Source of the DNA: Candidatus Sumerlaeaceae bacterium
Lineage (GTDB): Bacteria > Sumerlaeota > Sumerlaeia > Sumerlaeales > Sumerlaeaceae
Reading direction: 5' to 3'
NCBI GenBank assembly: GCA_049968255.1
Contig: JBMFRB010000020.1
Coordinates: forward strand, 1-10,872
Length of the DNA stretch: 10,872 bases
A program made the position numbers and the translations under genes. The notes beneath the pieces are model-generated. The model saw only the letters and a list, made by a program, of their open reading frames with translations. It was not told the origin of the DNA and ran no database searches. This document shows, piece by piece, positions 6,987 to 10,872 of this stretch. Position 1 is the stretch's first letter; every line of letters starts with the position of its first letter.

Positions 6987-8321
6987 CTATTTGCTTTGCT
7001 CGATGAAACTGGCAACTTGGCCTTGCGTGACCTGCCCCACGAGACGCTGGCGTTCTTTGCCGGTTGCGTCAAACGTCACGATCGACGGCACCTTGTAGAC
7101 GCCGAAACGCGTGAGCGCCTGGGGAGCCACTGAGCTGTCGAGGCGCACCCAAATCACCTCGGGGAACTTTTTGAGAAATTCGGGGGTGAGCACATTCTCC
7201 GCCACCTCGGCGGACCGGGGTGCGAGCGGCGAATGGAAAAAAGCCACGACGATTTTCTTTTCCCGCTGGGCGAGCGCAAAGGCTTGGTCAATGTCGGTAA
7301 GCCACGGCCCAAGGGATGAGGGCGCGGGAACTTGTACAGGGAGCGTCGGCGTTGGGGAGGGTAGGTCGCGAGCCTTCGCGGGGCCTGCATAGCGGTAGCG
7401 AACAATTTGGCTGGCCCGGAGATCGCTGACGTAGAGATAGCGCCCGTCAGTGCTAGCCACGGAGTCGGCAGGTTCGAAAGCGCCATGGCCGTCGGGTGCC
7501 ATGAGCAGGACACCGCGGGAAGAACCATCAAGTGGATAAATGGCAAGGCCTCCCGCTAGTCTATCCGTGTAAAACAATTCATTTGTTAGTTTATTGAAAC
7601 TGATTGCTGAGCCGGCCTTGGGGATGTTCTTCGGCGCAATCACTTCTTCCAGCATGTAGCGATCGAGGTGATCGAGAGAGCCACCTAGGAAAACCCACAA
7701 ACCATCCCGATCCACGCCGTAGACGAGGTTACGATTTGGCACGAAGGCAATGTCGCGGATGTAGGCGGTGACCGAAGGTTGCGGTGTGACGCCGAGAAAA
7801 TTTCCCTTCGAGTCGATCTCAAGAAATCGTCCCCAAGAAACGGCCGCAAGAATACGATCTTTGTGGGCGGTGAGGCCAAGCACGCGCAACTCGCGCGTGG
7901 CCAACACGCTGTTGTTGCCGAAGTGCGTATCAGGCTCGAGCGATGGCAGAAATTTTCTAATAAACGACGGCGTGTTCTCGCCGGCATCGAACGAGATATA
8001 GACGTTGTCGGCAGAATCGCAGGCAATGCCAGCGTAGCCACGCTGGGCAGGTGCAATCAGGCGGTCAAAAATCGTAATCTTCGGTTTTTCCTGAGCGGGG
8101 TTTGCAATTTTCATCGCAACCACTTCGGCCTCGCTCTGGCGCGAGTTGAAGGAGGTGGCATAGATATTCCCGCGACTGTCTACCGCCAAGAAAAGGGTGT
8201 TTGGGGCCGGAACGAGAATCGAAGCATCGAACTCCCACTGCGATGCTGCAAAGGTGGGAAGGAGAAAAGGCCCAGTGCACACGGCTGCAATCAAGGATAA
8301 CATGATAACAAGCTGACGCAT
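6987..8321 (-). CDS. Secreted NHL/SMP-30-like beta-propeller protein with a Pro-rich linker and C-terminal thioredoxin-like domain lacking CXXC (444 aa)
   Basis: GGAG 9 nt upstream of the ATG. Signal-peptide-like N-terminus. Blade motifs LAVDSRGNIYAT, GIACDSADNVYIS, DIAFVPNRNLVYG, AISFNKLTNELFYTD, STDGRYLYVSD. Linker PSPTPTLPVQVPAPSS. Thioredoxin-like WLTDIDQAFALAQREKKIVVAFF ... FGVYKVPSIVTFDATGKERQRLVG. Confidence 0.85.
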   Translation of the reverse strand: MRQLVIMLSLIAAVCTGPFLLPTFAASQWEFDASILVPAPNTLFLAVDSRGNIYATSFNSRQSEAEVVAMKIANPAQEKPKITIFDRLIAPAQRGYAGIACDSADNVYISFDAGENTPSFIRKFLPSLEPDTHFGNNSVLATRELRVLGLTAHKDRILAAVSWGRFLEIDSKGNFLGVTPQPSVTAYIRDIAFVPNRNLVYGVDRDGLWVFLGGSLDHLDRYMLEEVIAPKNIPKAGSAISFNKLTNELFYTDRLAGGLAIYPLDGSSRGVLLMAPDGHGAFEPADSVASTDGRYLYVSDLRASQIVRYRYAGPAKARDLPSPTPTLPVQVPAPSSLGPWLTDIDQAFALAQREKKIVVAFFHSPLAPRSAEVAENVLTPEFLKKFPEVIWVRLDSSVAPQALTRFGVYKVPSIVTFDATGKERQRLVGQVTQGQVASFIEQSK

Positions 8322-8474
8322 CGGTGCACACTCCAGTACGGTGCTCCGCTTTTAGCGCAAGCTGTCTCCTATTCGCCGCGCCACAATGCTCGCGCGTGCT
8401 CCTCTTGACTCAAAAACATTATTGCTGAAATCAGCGAAAACCAGCAAGTGGAAAGAGCGCATCCCCTCGGCGCT

Positions 8475-8625
8475 GCGCAAAATGTAAAAAATGCACTGTG
8501 TGCGAATAACCTTTTGATTAGGTCGGTAAAAGTGCGTTCGGGTTCCGCAAAAATGGCGGGATTCTCGGCGCGACAAAAAAAATGAAAAGTGCGTGAATAA
8601 CGTAGAAAAGAGCCGCGTATATAGC
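8475..8625 (+). promoter_or_regulatory. Probable promoter region of the 23S rRNA transcription unit
   Basis: A-tract-rich stretch in a GC-rich context (A8 at 8575-8582 and others at 8486, 8528, 8549, 8585, 8606). TATATA/TATAGC at 8618-8625 sits directly before the GC-rich leader. No convincing canonical -35 at 17-nt spacing. Confidence 0.4.
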
Positions 8626-8748
8626 TGACGCGCTCGGTACGAAGACCGGCGCAGTCACGAGGTGCCCGGAGCGGCGCCAGGTGTGGGGAGCTACCACTGC
8701 CGGCCAGGAGACGCGCGGTCGTGTAGTGTCCCGGAGAGAACGAAAAGG

Positions 8749-8802
8749 TTTGGTTCCCAGGCGGAACGCTCTGCCTGAGAGCCGGAAAAGGTTCTTTGAA
8801 AA
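8749..8802 (+). promoter_or_regulatory. rRNA antitermination element: boxB-like hairpin followed by boxA
   Basis: Hairpin CAGGCGGA-ACGC-TCTGCCTG (8758-8777, extendable to about 8749-8786), then GTTCTTTGAAAA at 8791-8802, a typical rrn boxA variant about 65 nt before the 23S 5' end. Confidence 0.75.
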
Positions 8803-8867
8803 TCGAATACGGAAGTCGGACAGCGTGAAAGGTCTGATTTATCGAGACGCCACGAGAGTGAGAATCT

Positions 8868-10872
<2,005 letters not shown>

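Noticed and set aside
8405-8435. TTGACT as a sigma70 -35 element
   Set aside because: No acceptable -10 hexamer at 16-18 nt spacing.
8626-8745. tRNA in the 23S leader
   Set aside because: No T-loop GTTCRA, no D-loop consensus and no acceptor stem closing the hairpins.

Overview
GC-rich bacterial window with three parts. (1) 1-4445 (+): a tightly packed five-gene operon of uncharacterised proteins: one soluble protein with barrel-sandwich hybrid motifs and a C-terminal KOW/SH3-like domain, a DUF6754-like membrane protein, and three further membrane proteins. A likely exported hypothetical protein follows (4467-5291). (2) 5346-8321 (-): a DUF2851-family gene and a secreted beta-propeller fused to a thioredoxin-like domain that lacks CXXC. 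(3) About 8868 to the window end (+): the 5' two-thirds of a 23S rRNA gene with its own structured leader and boxA, and no 16S gene or spacer tRNA upstream. The best candidate for an undescribed system is the operon. Its four membrane genes read as a duplicated two-gene module (A-B-A'-B') whose copies appear to sit in opposite membrane orientations, which suggests a pseudo-symmetric transport or energy-coupling complex. Family names come from motif recognition, not database searches, and topologies were judged by eye.
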